Source: Octopus vulgaris
Lineage: Eukaryota
Assembly (NCBI GenBank): GCA_951406725.2
Contig: OX597817.1
Span: forward strand, 41,168,001 to 41,232,000
Length of the DNA stretch: 64,000 nucleotides
Direction of reading: 5' to 3'
Shown: piece after piece, positions 50,700 to 63,037 of the stretch
Numbering within the stretch: the first letter of the stretch is position 1
How the letters are laid out: every line of letters starts with the position of its first letter
The notes under the pieces: generated by a model
Databases searched by the model: none
What the model was told of the DNA's origin: nothing
The model's input: only the letters and a program-made list of their open reading frames with translations
Position numbers and translations under genes: made by a program

Positions 50700-51379
50700 A
50701 GCAGACAGTCACATATTCTTAGCTGATTTAAACAAAATACTTTTCACTGAAACTGTAATATAACAGCTTATTACTTGTAATAAGAGAATTTGCACTCATA
50801 CCAGAAGTGGCAAGAGAAATGAAATACAAACACTTCATAATAATATAAAGTAAATATACACCATAGTGATGTAAAGCGAATACAAATATGTTGTAATGCT
50901 ACAATAAACCCTTTGAAATGCTTACAATATACTTTTATTTTTGTGAAATATATAGTTACATAAGAAAAGCTTTTGAGAAGGTTTCTGATGGCAGTTTAAA
51001 ATTCAATGAAAATCTTAATGAGTGATTCAATAAAAATGATTTTGGTTGAAATAAAATTAGTTTAAATTCCTTTTATCTGTTATTTTCAAATATAATTTAT
51101 AAAAGTATATGAACACCTTCCTTTTGAATTTTATTTTAAAAGGATAAACATTATCATTTTCCACTCTTTTCATACTAAGTAGCAACTTAAGCAGTAATAC
51201 TTCTTTGAAATTCTAAAAATCTTTATAAAACTTTTATAGTGGAAGCAATTTTGTTCTCATTTATCAAACATCTTCATGCTAAAAACCAAAGCTGGTAATA
51301 ATAAGTGAGAAAGAAAATAGGTATGCAACTTAAAAAAAAACAACAAAAAAAAAACAATTACAAAAACATAATGAATTAC

Positions 51380-51526
51380 CCTGTTTGTCTTCTTCGTATT
51401 GTTTTTCAATGGCACAAATAGCTTCTTGGATGGGGTCATTGCTAAGTTCCTTCATCATTAATTCCTGCTGGGCAAAATCGTAGTCAATATGTTGTTCAGG
51501 CTCAGAAACTAATGGAGGCAAGGTAT
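51380..51526 (-). CDS. KIF13A/B: KIF13A/B-like internal exon (post-FHA linker / coiled coil)
   Basis: (N)TLPPLVSEPEQHIDYDFAQQELMMKELSNDPIQEAICAIEKQYEEDKQ. Acceptor ttcaacag, donor gtaatt; 147 nt, phase 1 to 1; joins the previous exon in frame. Confidence 0.93.
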
Positions 51527-51796
51527 CTGTTGAAAAATGGAGGAAAAAAGAAGGGGGGGAAAACTCAATATAAAAATTACTAAGCATAAATGTTCAAAAA
51601 GTACAAAAAAAGAAAAAGAAAAAAAAGAGGAAGTAATCTTTGAATTAAGATAAAAATAAAGTTCTTAAAAGATCTACATTTCTCACAGAATTTACTTTTA
51701 TGGTTGATAAGAATATAAACTATTTGCTTAAACCAGGTTTAATATGAAAGGATTACGGTAAGTTTCAATGCAAAGTTTTAGAGCATAAATATCGAT

Positions 51797-52676
51797 CTAG
51801 CTATAAACTATATTGGGATTCTACTAATTGCTATGAACCACATATTCAAAATTTAAGTATATCAGAAATATACTTGAAAGGCATGAAAGAGTTAAACGTG
51901 AAAATTCTAAAAACATTTACATTATAGGTCATTTAACACCTGAATTATAAACTATGTAACTCTCTCTCAGGAGACGGATTTGATAATGTCAAATACAGAT
52001 TTAACTAAAATGTCTACTCAACCTGAGCAAATATTAGATCTTATCAATTCAATCAGCCATATAATCTGGAAATATCAAAATTTGCTTTTGTCGATATTGT
52101 TACATCTACATTGTGCATACTGTGTGTCTGTCAGCGTGTATGTGTATGCACATGTTTGTGTGTGTGTGTGTGTGTGTGTATTTATATTGTGTGTGTGTGT
52201 GTGTAAAATATGAAAAATATGTTAGCACTAGTAAACTTTTGGAAATGGTAAAAAAACAAACATCACAGGGGCTTCTAGTAACATTCTTTATGTGGAAGAT
52301 AAGAGATAGAGAAATTAGGGGTTCTGTTTCTGTGAAAGGTTAAATTCTTAAGAAATATACTATAAATGATATAATGTCAAAGGGTAATATTATTTTGTGT
52401 GATCCAACATCATTAACTTGAGGTATAATATTGCAAGAGTAATGAACACCAAAATTTATTCCTTTACTGTATACAGAAGGTTTTACTCCAAACGTGGATC
52501 ATGTCCAAAAATAAAAGTAAGCTATTTTAAGTTTCCCACTGTTCAACATCTGAGATATTTCTCTTTATTTCTTTAATTCTACAGACTCAAGGTGGAGTAT
52601 GGGGTTTCAGAGGAAGGGTGAAAGTAAGAAACAAGTAAATAAAACTTGCAATAAAGATCCATTTAAAACTTTTTTC

Positions 52677-52726
<50 letters not shown>

Positions 52727-52985
52727 GTTGTTTTTGCTATTGAAAATCAAACTGAAAGTCTCATGACTGTAGTTTCACACCACTGTGATCTTCAGGTGAA
52801 ACTGTTACAACTCAGTAATGATGGTTGATGTGTGTGTGTGTGTGTGTGTATCTGTGCTAGTGTTTGTTCAATGTTTTTTTTTGTTTTTGCATTGCTTGTA
52901 TGGATAGTGTTTGTATTTCTTTTAATTGTGTATGTGTGTCTGTGTTATAAATTTGTTTATGATTGGTTTGCGAGTTGTTAGTGGG

Positions 52986-53023
<38 letters not shown>

Positions 53024-53229
53024 CACACACATTTTTTTCCTAGATATAAAGCTATATATATCAGGCTTCTACTAATTGATATGAATCACATGTTCAAAAT
53101 TTAAGTATACTAGAAATATACTTAACATGCATAAAAACAGTTAAAAGTGAAAATTATAAGCTGTTTACATTATAGGCCATTTAACAGTAGAATTTTACTA
53201 TGTAAGTCTCTCAAGAGATGGATTTGATA
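51797..53229. repeat. Diverged ~190-bp direct repeat pair (51797-51985 and 53040-53229)
   Basis: Both read ctag.tataaa...ttctactaattg.tatgaa.cacat.ttcaaaatttaagtata...tttacattatagg.catttaaca...ggatttgata. Confidence 0.8.
52757..52803 (-). ncRNA. Degenerate minimal hammerhead ribozyme motif, sense to the KIF13 pre-mRNA
   Basis: Minus strand AGTTTCAC-CTGAAGA-TCAC(AGTG)GTGT-GAAA-CTACAG-TC-ATGAGACT. Core fully canonical; closing pairs of stems I and II mismatched. Confidence 0.65.
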
Positions 53230-53231
53230 TA

Positions 53232-53262
<31 letters not shown>

Positions 53263-54064
53263 GCTATATACGAACTTTTCTAATTTTTTTTTGCAAGTAA
53301 AAATAGAAACAATACATATAATAATTTGCAAGAGGTTTTCTTTGTTTTACATCCATTTTTCCATGTTTGCATGGGTTGGATGAGTATATTATTTGAGGCA
53401 GTGTTTTACAGAAGAATGGCTTTCTTGATGCTAACCTTTCCCTGCTTATAAAGTAAGGGAATGCACATAGCATATGTATGTAAAGGTAAAAAGTGCCCAG
53501 ATGATTTGTTGACAGGAGAAACTGACCACTGCACATTTGTGCATGCAGTTGCAGATATAAACATCCATGCATATTTCAAATAAATATAAAATTAGGTTAT
53601 AAAATAATATTTCACCCTTTAATATTCAGATTTCTCCATTAAATGTAATACTTATTAACACTGTTTTGAATTAATCAGGCATTACCTGGTTGCTCTGAGA
53701 TTTTGATGATGTGATTGCTTACTTTTAGAATAACATTGTAGGGTAGGTGTGAGAGGCCTGATCTAGCTGATTTGAACACAAAGCAGGTAGAATATTTTGG
53801 CTGGATATGACCAGTTTAAATGCTAAGGGGTTAAGGAATATTTTAGATGGTTTTGATATATTTGGAGGAAACTAGGATTTATTGTTGTTGTTTGATGTCA
53901 TTGCAAAGTTCAGATCAGTTCTAAGCTCTACAGCATGAAACAAATGTGAAATTAGTCTCTCCCTGGATAGGCAGCTGGTTTTTCATAAGGTTTACACACA
54001 AATATTGTAACAACCAACAACAACTATACATAATATCCGATGTAGAAAACATTTTCAAGCTTAC

Positions 54065-54174
54065 TGTTGGGTCTTGGTAGATTTATCCGGAAAAAATGGT
54101 TATTCCCCCAGAGAATTCGGTCGCCATTTCTGACTTTAGTTTTCTGATGTATCACAGAGCCATTGACACAGGTT
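54065..54174 (-). CDS. KIF13A/B: KIF13A/B-like kinesin-3, internal exon (C-terminal part of FHA domain)
   Basis: Encodes (R)TCVNGSVIHQKTKVRNGDRILWGNNHFFRINLPRPN, matching the KIF13 FHA motif 'VNG...GDRILWGNNHFFR.NLP'. Acceptor ttgtag, donor gtaagc; 110 nt, phase 2 to 1. Confidence 0.95.
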
Positions 54175-54203
54175 CTACAATAATAGGACAAAAAAGAAAA
54201 AAA

Positions 54204-54237
<34 letters not shown>

Positions 54238-56934
54238 TATAATATAATAATAAAATACAAATATGTTATTAAATTTTAAAACAATTACTTTGAAAATGAT
54301 TTCTTTTTAACAAAACAGTATTAATATGTGATTGAAAAGAAATGAAAAGATGCCATACAAGTTCAATTAATTAGTTACCCGATAGCTGATAGTCAAATCA
54401 AAGCATTATAAGTCTTCTCTTATTGAATTTACTTAAGAAATATTGAATTTAATAAATATAAAAAAGAAAGTAGAAATGTATAATAAGAATTTTGCTATAT
54501 TTTTCATTTTTTTTTTTTGGCATGTATCATTTTCTTTAACATAGTTAAAGAAGTTACACATTAAATTTACTTGAGAGCAGAGCTTCGCAAGACTGAGATC
54601 TTTGCTCTTTGTATATAATCTCTCCAACTTTTGCTTTTCAACTAGTGCTCTATCAGTTATGTTGATTCTACAATTGAATAATCAACTTTATCAATTTGAA
54701 ATTGGAATGCATTCAAGAGAGGGAGGAGACAAACCAACATAATTATTGAGATCATATTTAGAAGACTTAGAACAACAAAAGTGTTCCATTCACACTGTAA
54801 TTTTTATCTTTTCTTGCATTGGAATCTTTTATCTTTTACTTGTTTCAGTCATTTGACTGTGGCCATGCTGGAGCACTGCCTTGAAGAATTTTTAGTCAAA
54901 TGAATTGACTCCAATATTTATTTTTATTTTAAGCTTGGTACTTATTTTATCATTCTCTTTTGCTGACCCCGTAAGTTACAGGGATGTAAACACGCCGACA
55001 CCAGTAGCAGGGGACAAAGACACACACACACACATATGATGGGTTTCTTTCAGTTTCTGTCTACGAAATCCACTTATAAGGCTTTGGTTGACCTGGAGCT
55101 ATTTGGCCAAGGTGCCATGCAGTGGGACTGAAACTGGAACCTTGTGCTTGAGAAGCAAACTTCTTACCACACAGTCACAACCAAATTACAAAAGATGAAA
55201 GCTCATAGAAACTAGTTCGAGTTACACATGGACAAATATTGATTATTTTATTTTGGTTTTACACCGAAGATTACATGTCATAAGCAGTTCACAAGAAATT
55301 CTGGTATTTAGTATTTCAGAATGGATAAGGCAGGCAGTAGGTACATACAAATACACATGTATAAGCTTGTAGTTTCATGCATGAATTATACGGCTTTAAA
55401 AGATGTTATACAAAATGAGCTATGAAATTCAAAAGCATAGACAGCTTTTCTTTAAGAAAGAAAAAAGGAAAAAAAATAAAGAAAGAAAAGAACACAAATT
55501 GCCTTGCACCAAAGAAAACCCAAATGTCATGTGGAAGTGAAGAACATAAGAATATCGTATTTGCTCAGGCAAGACACGTCATTCTCCCAACCTTAGGAGA
55601 ATGCCAACTCGAAAAACTGATTGCTAAATGCAATCCATCTGGAAAAACATTCACTTCAATAACAGTCACTATTTGATTGCATAGAAATATCCAGACTGTA
55701 CTAAAGATGGAAAATTCAGTGAGAAAATATTGTCAAAATTTTAATGAAGATTATGATCTGTAAAATCTAAAAATAATGCTGTCTTCGTCTGTCTCCAAGA
55801 CAAGTGAAGACAGCATTATTTTTATGAGTTGAAATTTGGAATTGATTTTTTATTATGGACACAGGTGTGGCTGTGTGGTTAAGAAGTTTACCTTCAAACT
55901 ATATAGCATGGGGTTCTGTTTCACTATGTGATACCTTGAGTCCTCTACCATAGCTTTGCTAAGTGGATGCAGTAGATGGAAATTGAACAAAAACCCATTG
56001 TGTGTGTGTGTTTGTGTCTCCTTGTCTTGATGTTACATGAGAGTTGTGAGTGTCTCTGTCATATAAATAATCCTATTCAATTCCATTATTCTGCATAAAT
56101 ATGTCAGCTCATGGGGAAATATTACCTTGGGAACAAGTGGAGACTTGATAGTAGGAAACTGTTTGGAAGCCTGCCATATATATTTAATTTTCTTTGTTTT
56201 AAAATTGCCATGAATTTGGATGGAGATGAATTTAGGGAATGATTTTACAGCTTGATACTCTCCCTACTGCCAACCCTTACTTGTTTTTCTAGTAAGGGAC
56301 ATCTTTATACCACAAGTCTTTGAAAATATAGAGTGACCAGTCATAACGTCAAAAAGGAATGTCAACATCAGTACCACTTCCCTCCAATGATGATAAAAAT
56401 AGAATCTACAAACATTGATGGACATCTGCATGTAATATTACTATCCATCATCATCATCATCATTTAATGTCTGCTTCCCATGCTGGTATGGGTTGGATGG
56501 TTTGATAGGAGCTGACTAGCTGGAGAGCTGCCTAGGCTCTGACTGTTTGTTTTGGTAAGGCTTCTAGTGCACACATACAAGGAGATTCATGCAGTTTCCT
56601 CTCATGACATTATATCATCCAAGGCTATAGTAGAAGAAATGTCGTGCAGTGATATTGAATCTGAGACCACGAAGTTGTGAAGTGAACTTTTTAACCACAC
56701 AGCAATGTCTGCAGTCACACACACATACAAACACTATTTATATCTTGTATGTGTATATTAGAGAAAACTGTGAACGTTGGTGAGAAACAACTGTTCTTTG
56801 AACGAAGCCTATTGCTACAGACAACCCTTCCTGACCAGAAATGCAATGGACCAGTGATGAGTCTCTTAGAAACCTGTACTCAACTGCACTATGCTGTTAT
56901 TCACAAATTGAGGGGGAAAAAAAAATGACACACA

Positions 56935-57516
56935 TTAAACCCCATAACATCAGTTGATGTAAATTTACGTGCGCTGTGGATTTGCTTTGAATCAGATGAT
57001 GAAAATACATGCAGCTTTATCTGCTGTGGTTTTGCACCTTTTGTGTACTGGTTGATATAAATGTCTGCTATCGCTTATGGAATCGATAATAGAGGCTACC
57101 GTGCAAATTTCAATATATCTGATAGGTTTGTTAGACTCTTCATGTAAGTATTTGCAACTCAGTTCGAGACTTCATCACCACAATAGTATAAAAACTTGTA
57201 CGAATTTGATAGGAAGTCATAGTGGGACAGGTGGTGTAACCACCATTTCCACTATGACTTTCAATCAAATTCATATACGCTCAGTGAATTCTTCTGGTCT
57301 TCATGGAATTTATAGTTGCATCGAGCCATGCCAGTTTCATTGAATTTACAATCCTCACAGTGACGACAGTTTACATAAATAAACAGTGCATGCTTTAAAG
57401 CTGTTGATGTAAATATATGCCGAACCGTTGTCATGTGCTAATTACTGATCTTGGCTGAGCTGATCACCATCAGTGCAACCTAATTGTCTGATAAAAAACC
57501 ATTGTCATGGGGTTAA
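56935..57516. mobile_element. TTAA-flanked piggyBac-like non-autonomous element (~580 bp)
   Basis: ttaaaccccataaca ... tgtcatggggttaa inverted termini; subterminal direct repeat gttgatgtaaat at about 56953 and 57403. Confidence 0.65.
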
Positions 57517-60500
57517 ACAATGCATCATCATTAATATCGTTTAACATCTGCTTTCCATGCTAGCATGGGTTGGACAATTTGACTGAGGACTGGCGAACCA
57601 GATGGCTGCACCAGGCTGCAATCTTGATCTGGCAGAGTTTCTACAGCTTGATGCCCTTCCTAACACCAACCACTCCGAGAGTATAGTGGATGCTTTTCAC
57701 GTGCCACCAGCATGGGGCTAGTCAGGTGGTACTGGCAACGGCCACGCTCAAATGGTGTTTTTTACGTCCCACCTGCACAGCAACCAGATGAAGTTAGTGA
57801 TAATTCAGAACTATGGAATGGTCACAGCTGGAATGTCTTTTAGTTGAAGTATGCTATCCAGGGATGGGGAGGGGGGAACTGAACAACAGCACACTTCTCA
57901 TCGTGTTCTTGGGTGTCATTAGCAGAGTTCACACTGTGGCAAGCATTATAATTAAACTACTGGTGCCACACCACATCCATATTGTTGAGACAGATAATTC
58001 AGGGTGGATATCACCTTCATGCAATCGCATCAGTCTAGTAGTGTGGCTTTCAAAAGTCATGACTGCTACTGCATTTCCTTCTCTGACTAATTCATGACAG
58101 ACCAAAGAAAAAAAGTGCAAAAATACAAGAAATAACATTCCCAACAAAGAAATTCCAATAGTTATTTTAACATTGAAGTAGGCAGTAACAATAAACATCT
58201 TACTAAATGTATTACAGTGTGTGTTTTGTATTTTTATGCCACAACATTTGTGTTCAAATTACATTAGAATAAGCATTACTTTTCATTCCTTCAAGGCCAA
58301 CAAAATAATTGCCAGTAATAAACTGGCATTGGTTTAACCAACTCTAACAACAGCCAGCTATAACAAAAACTGGACTTGAACCTTGTCAAGAGAAATCAAT
58401 ACTTATTGACAGATATAACACTGAAGTAGTCGCATGGTATGAACATATGTATGTATGTGTGTGTATGTATTTATGTATGTATGTAGTGCATGATTGGGCA
58501 TATGGGTGAGCAGACAACTATATAATGTATGTGTGGAATTATGTGTGTGCAGATACACATGGTCTATGCATGGCCATATGTGTAAGTAGACACATCATCT
58601 AAGCTTGGGCATATGTGTGGGAATATATGTGATTGAAATCTAGAAGCGGGGAAAAAAGTTTGAATTTATAATCAGACATTATTTCAAGATATGAATTTTA
58701 GTGTCAACAGGTGACTGTGAAAGATAGGTGATGTTCCATTAATTGAACATTACTGCAGTTTTCCAAGCATCCATTATTTTGGGAATATCATTTTCCGCAC
58801 AGGCAGGAGACGAAGAATGAAAACTATGGTAGAGGGAGCAGGAGCAGGAACAGAGACAGAAGGTGGAAACAGGATATGATGCTGTTATAATCAATGATTT
58901 TTAATAGAGGGTGGCAGGAGGTGAAGCAAACTAGTTGCAAGAATTTTAAGGAAAGGCAATATAAGGTGTGAGAGAAAATATATAAATATAGTACATACAA
59001 AATTATATTTTTAACTTTTAAAATAGTTATTTCTAGTTTGTAACATCTTAAAATAATTGGTAACAGGAAAAAAAAAAGACCCAAAAACAAAAAAAAAAAC
59101 CCAAATTACAAACCAAACCAAAAAGTTCCAAACATTCTAATACCATTGTTTGGTGGGAATAATATATAGTAAAGGTTTGAGGAAGAAACAAAAGCAGTAC
59201 CAAAAATAGACATAATAATAATAATAATAATAATATAGAATACATTGATTTAGTTTGATTTTGTTTACTGAATTATTTTTCTTTGAAACTGATTTTATTT
59301 TTTTTAAATATCTATTCAAGTTGGTTTACTAACTTCAAAAAAAAAAAAAAGTATTTGTAAATCATTTACAAAGTGAAAATTTTGTAAAGTAAATAAAGAT
59401 AATATTTGTGTGTTTGCCACCTGGGTATACTCTTCTCATAGAAGAAACAAAAGAGAGAGAGATGCAATACACAACAAATATGAAAAAAGGTCTCCCAGTA
59501 AATACATTTTAATATACACACACACACACACATTGATACTACAAGACACATACATAGATGTGTTTGTGTGTCAATGTATGTATACATGTGTTAATGAAAA
59601 TTTAGATATAAAGGGTCTTTTTTGTGCTTTGCAAGAGTACCAAAATGAAATCAAATACATATTGAGTTTCAAACAGATACTGTAGTATTTTTGAGAGACT
59701 CAACTTGAAGCTTCCCTCATTATCCCTGATTGGGATAATCTCCTATTTGAAATTTCATCTTTTTAAAGGACCTCCATTTATTTGTCATACTTTGAAAAAA
59801 CAAAAAAAAAATCATCTCAATCAATAACTCCACACCCATTGATTATGATCAATATTCTCTTTACTGTTTATTTTGTCAAGGCAGTAAGCTGGCAGAGTCG
59901 TTAGCATGCTGGGCAAAATCCTTAGCAGCATTTCACCCATCTTTATGTTCTGTGTTCAAATTCTGCAGAGGTCAACGTTGCCTTTCATCCTTTTAGGATT
60001 GACAAAATAAGTACCAGTTGTGCACTGGGGTCAATGTAAACGACAAACCCCCTCCTCTGGAATTGCTGGCCTTGTGCCAAAAGTTGAAATCAATATTTTA
60101 TTTTGTTGTTGGTATTTGATAGCAATGAAGCTGGTGATTGATAAACCAGGTAGAATGTTGGATAAAAAAAATGCCTTTCGCCATTTCATCGTGCCTCTTC
60201 ATATTTTGGTGGAGGTGCATGACTTGGTGATTCAGGCGTTGGACTCATGATCATAAGATTGTGGTTTCAGTTCCTGGACTAGGCAAAAATGAGTAATCCT
60301 TCAACAGACTGGCATCTCATTCGGGTGGGGAATATATATGCAATGGAAACTGGCGCTATGAGTCTATACGACTCGAGAAGGAACTTTACTTTACTTTAGA
60401 TTTTTAGTTCAGATCAAAGTTGTTCAAAGACAACTTTGCATATAATTTTTTTTAAAGGAACATAAAATAAGGACTAGTGGAAGTCACAATCTCAGATCAG

Positions 60501-62797
60501 CAAATATGTTCCTCTCTCCAAGTTTGTAATTATATAACAGACTATTATTTAACAGAGATAGTTTAAGGTCTTTCTGTTCTGGGTTCAAATCTTGTGATGG
60601 GCATCTTTGCCTTTCAGCCTTTTGGAGTTCATACAAAATAAAGTACCAGTCAAGTGCTGGTGTGGATGGTATTGACTAATCATCATCATCATCATCGTTT
60701 AATGTCCATTTTCCATGCTGGCATGGGTTGGCTGGTTTGACTGAGGTCTGGAAAGCCAGTAGCTTCACCAGGCTCCAATCTGATCTGGTAATGTTTCTAC
60801 AGCTGGATGCCCTTCCTAACACCAACCCCTCCAAGAGTGTAGTGGGTGCTTTTTATGTGCCACCAGCACAGGAGCCAGTCAGGCAGCCCTGGCATTACTC
60901 ATGTTTGGATAGTGCTTTTTACATGCCACTGGCATGGGAGCCAGTCAGGAGTCACTGGCATCAATCACATCCTTCCCTTTAAAAGTGCTGGCCTTGTTTA
61001 GATGACCTAAGTTTACAAGTGTTGAGTCATGTCTACACTGTTTGTTAAAGAGTAACTAAAACTAAATGATATAATGTGTCCTTAAGGCAATTTAAGATAG
61101 TAGATCATTAAATGAGGGAGATTTTACTATTTATGAGGCTTTTAACAGAAGGGGAGAAAGATATACCACCACAACATATACCTATAATTCAGTGTTGCTG
61201 CTGTTTACCCACAGGTCAGCCTTGATTGAGCAAAACTTGTGATTAAAACCCATTTGATCATGACCACCTTTTGTTATGTATATTTTCCAGTAAAAGTGTA
61301 CCCTGGACTACATTATCTTCTAGGGCTGGTGGCGCACTGAAATGCATCCAGTACATGCTGTATAGTTGTTGGTGATCTGAAAGAGATCCAACTGTGGACG
61401 CCATGTTAAATGACATATAAATTAGCCGAGTTGGACAGGCTTTTCTGTTACTGTGTGTACCAAGACATTGAAACAGCATGGCAAGAGGTGAAGAGATGTG
61501 AGACCAGTCCGACCATGCCAGCATAGAGAAAAAAATACAAACATCTGTGTAAAGTAACTCACTAATGAATGGATGTATGTAGCACGTATGTATGTATGTA
61601 TGTATCTATGAATGAATGTACAATGAGAAAGCGAGAGAGGGGAGGAGAGAGAGAGAGAGATACAGACATACACCACAGGTATGCAACGACAAATAGTAAT
61701 AAATGTTTCAATTACAGCAGTATGGAATTACAGAAGAATAGCAAAGAAAAAAGTCTGTAAGCAGTTAAGTAGCATCAGATATATCATGACTTAAATAGAA
61801 GATTCGACTAAAGTAATGGTAAATATTGATATGATTGGAGAGAAAGATTAGTTATAGCATGGAGCCAAAAGAGTTGACCAGAGCAACAATGATAAATGAT
61901 GATGATGATGATCCTCATCATCTCTATATCTATCTTCTAGTGCTTACGTGATACACAGAACGAAAACTGTTTGATCAGGTATGGCTAGTTCAGTCCAATG
62001 TTTTATTTGCTGCACAACTAAACTGATAACAATCAAATGACTGGACATCAACAATTCTTTATCTGATTTAGTGACTGCATTTTCTCTCTAAACCAACATC
62101 GGGCATCGGAAATTCTCAGGTGATTTCTGAGCATATTCAAACTGTCTCCTACTCAGATTTACACTAATTCATTCTAAATTATTGCATTGATCACATAAAA
62201 GTCAATGTAATGATTGATTATAGAGGAGAAAAAAAAAGAAAAAGACAGAACAAAAATGAGACAGACATTCATAATTTTCTCAGGAAAAAGAAATAGCACA
62301 CAAAACAATATTATATGTATTAATATTTAATAATTAATAAATATAGACGGGAATATAAAGTGAATATTTCCAGAAATATATCTAATAAATGCTACAAAAT
62401 AAAAAAAAAACGAATTTTTTTTTCAATGCCCTGCTTGCACCGATTAGATTAACAGCAGGAGTCATTTTGCAATATGCTGTGAGACGCAAATATTTCAAAT
62501 AAAGTAAATGGACATTTTAATATTCTAATTTTTGATTATAAATCACAAAAAGGGAAAACAAGTAAAGATTTTGTTTCTGAATGTTGGTTTTGGTCTCATA
62601 CACATGTAACTGTGAAGGCAGGTGGCCTAGTGGTTAGTATGTTGCAATCATAGTCATTAGATCATGGGTTCAATTCCTGGACCAGGTGGCACATTGTATT
62701 CTTGAGTAAAATACTTCACTTTTAACATTTACTAGATTCATCATCATCCATATGAATATATATTTTTTATTTAATTGGAAGAAGTTATGGAGTGACT

Positions 62798-62856
62798 AAA
62801 GAACCCAGAGTTTCATGCATCAGCACTTATCAAACCTTTGATAAGTGCCAGTGCAC
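62798..62856 (-). ncRNA. Degenerate U3-A8 hammerhead-like motif with an inverted partial copy
   Basis: Minus: AAAGGT-TTGATAA-GTGC(TGAT)GCAT-GAAA-CTCTGGG-TT-CTTT. Plus: TTGATAA-GTGC(CAGT)GCAC, truncated before GAAA. Confidence 0.45.
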
Positions 62857-63006
62857 TTGTATCTTATATAAATAAAACTACTTACTGTGTGAATTTGAAG
62901 GTTCAATACCTCACAGTAACCAGCTGTTCAATCCTTAAAGGATAAACTATTACTCTTCAATTTACTTGAATTAGTTCTCTTCACCTTAGTTCTCTCTACA
63001 CTTGTA

Positions 63007-63037
<31 letters not shown>

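Noticed and set aside
55422-58198. ORFs 55422-55676, 57077-57343, 57813-58097 and 57929-58198 as the upstream KIF13 exon or a nested gene
   Set aside because: No kinesin/FHA or other recognisable motifs; one lies inside a TTAA element. The preceding FHA exon was not found and is presumably beyond 64000.
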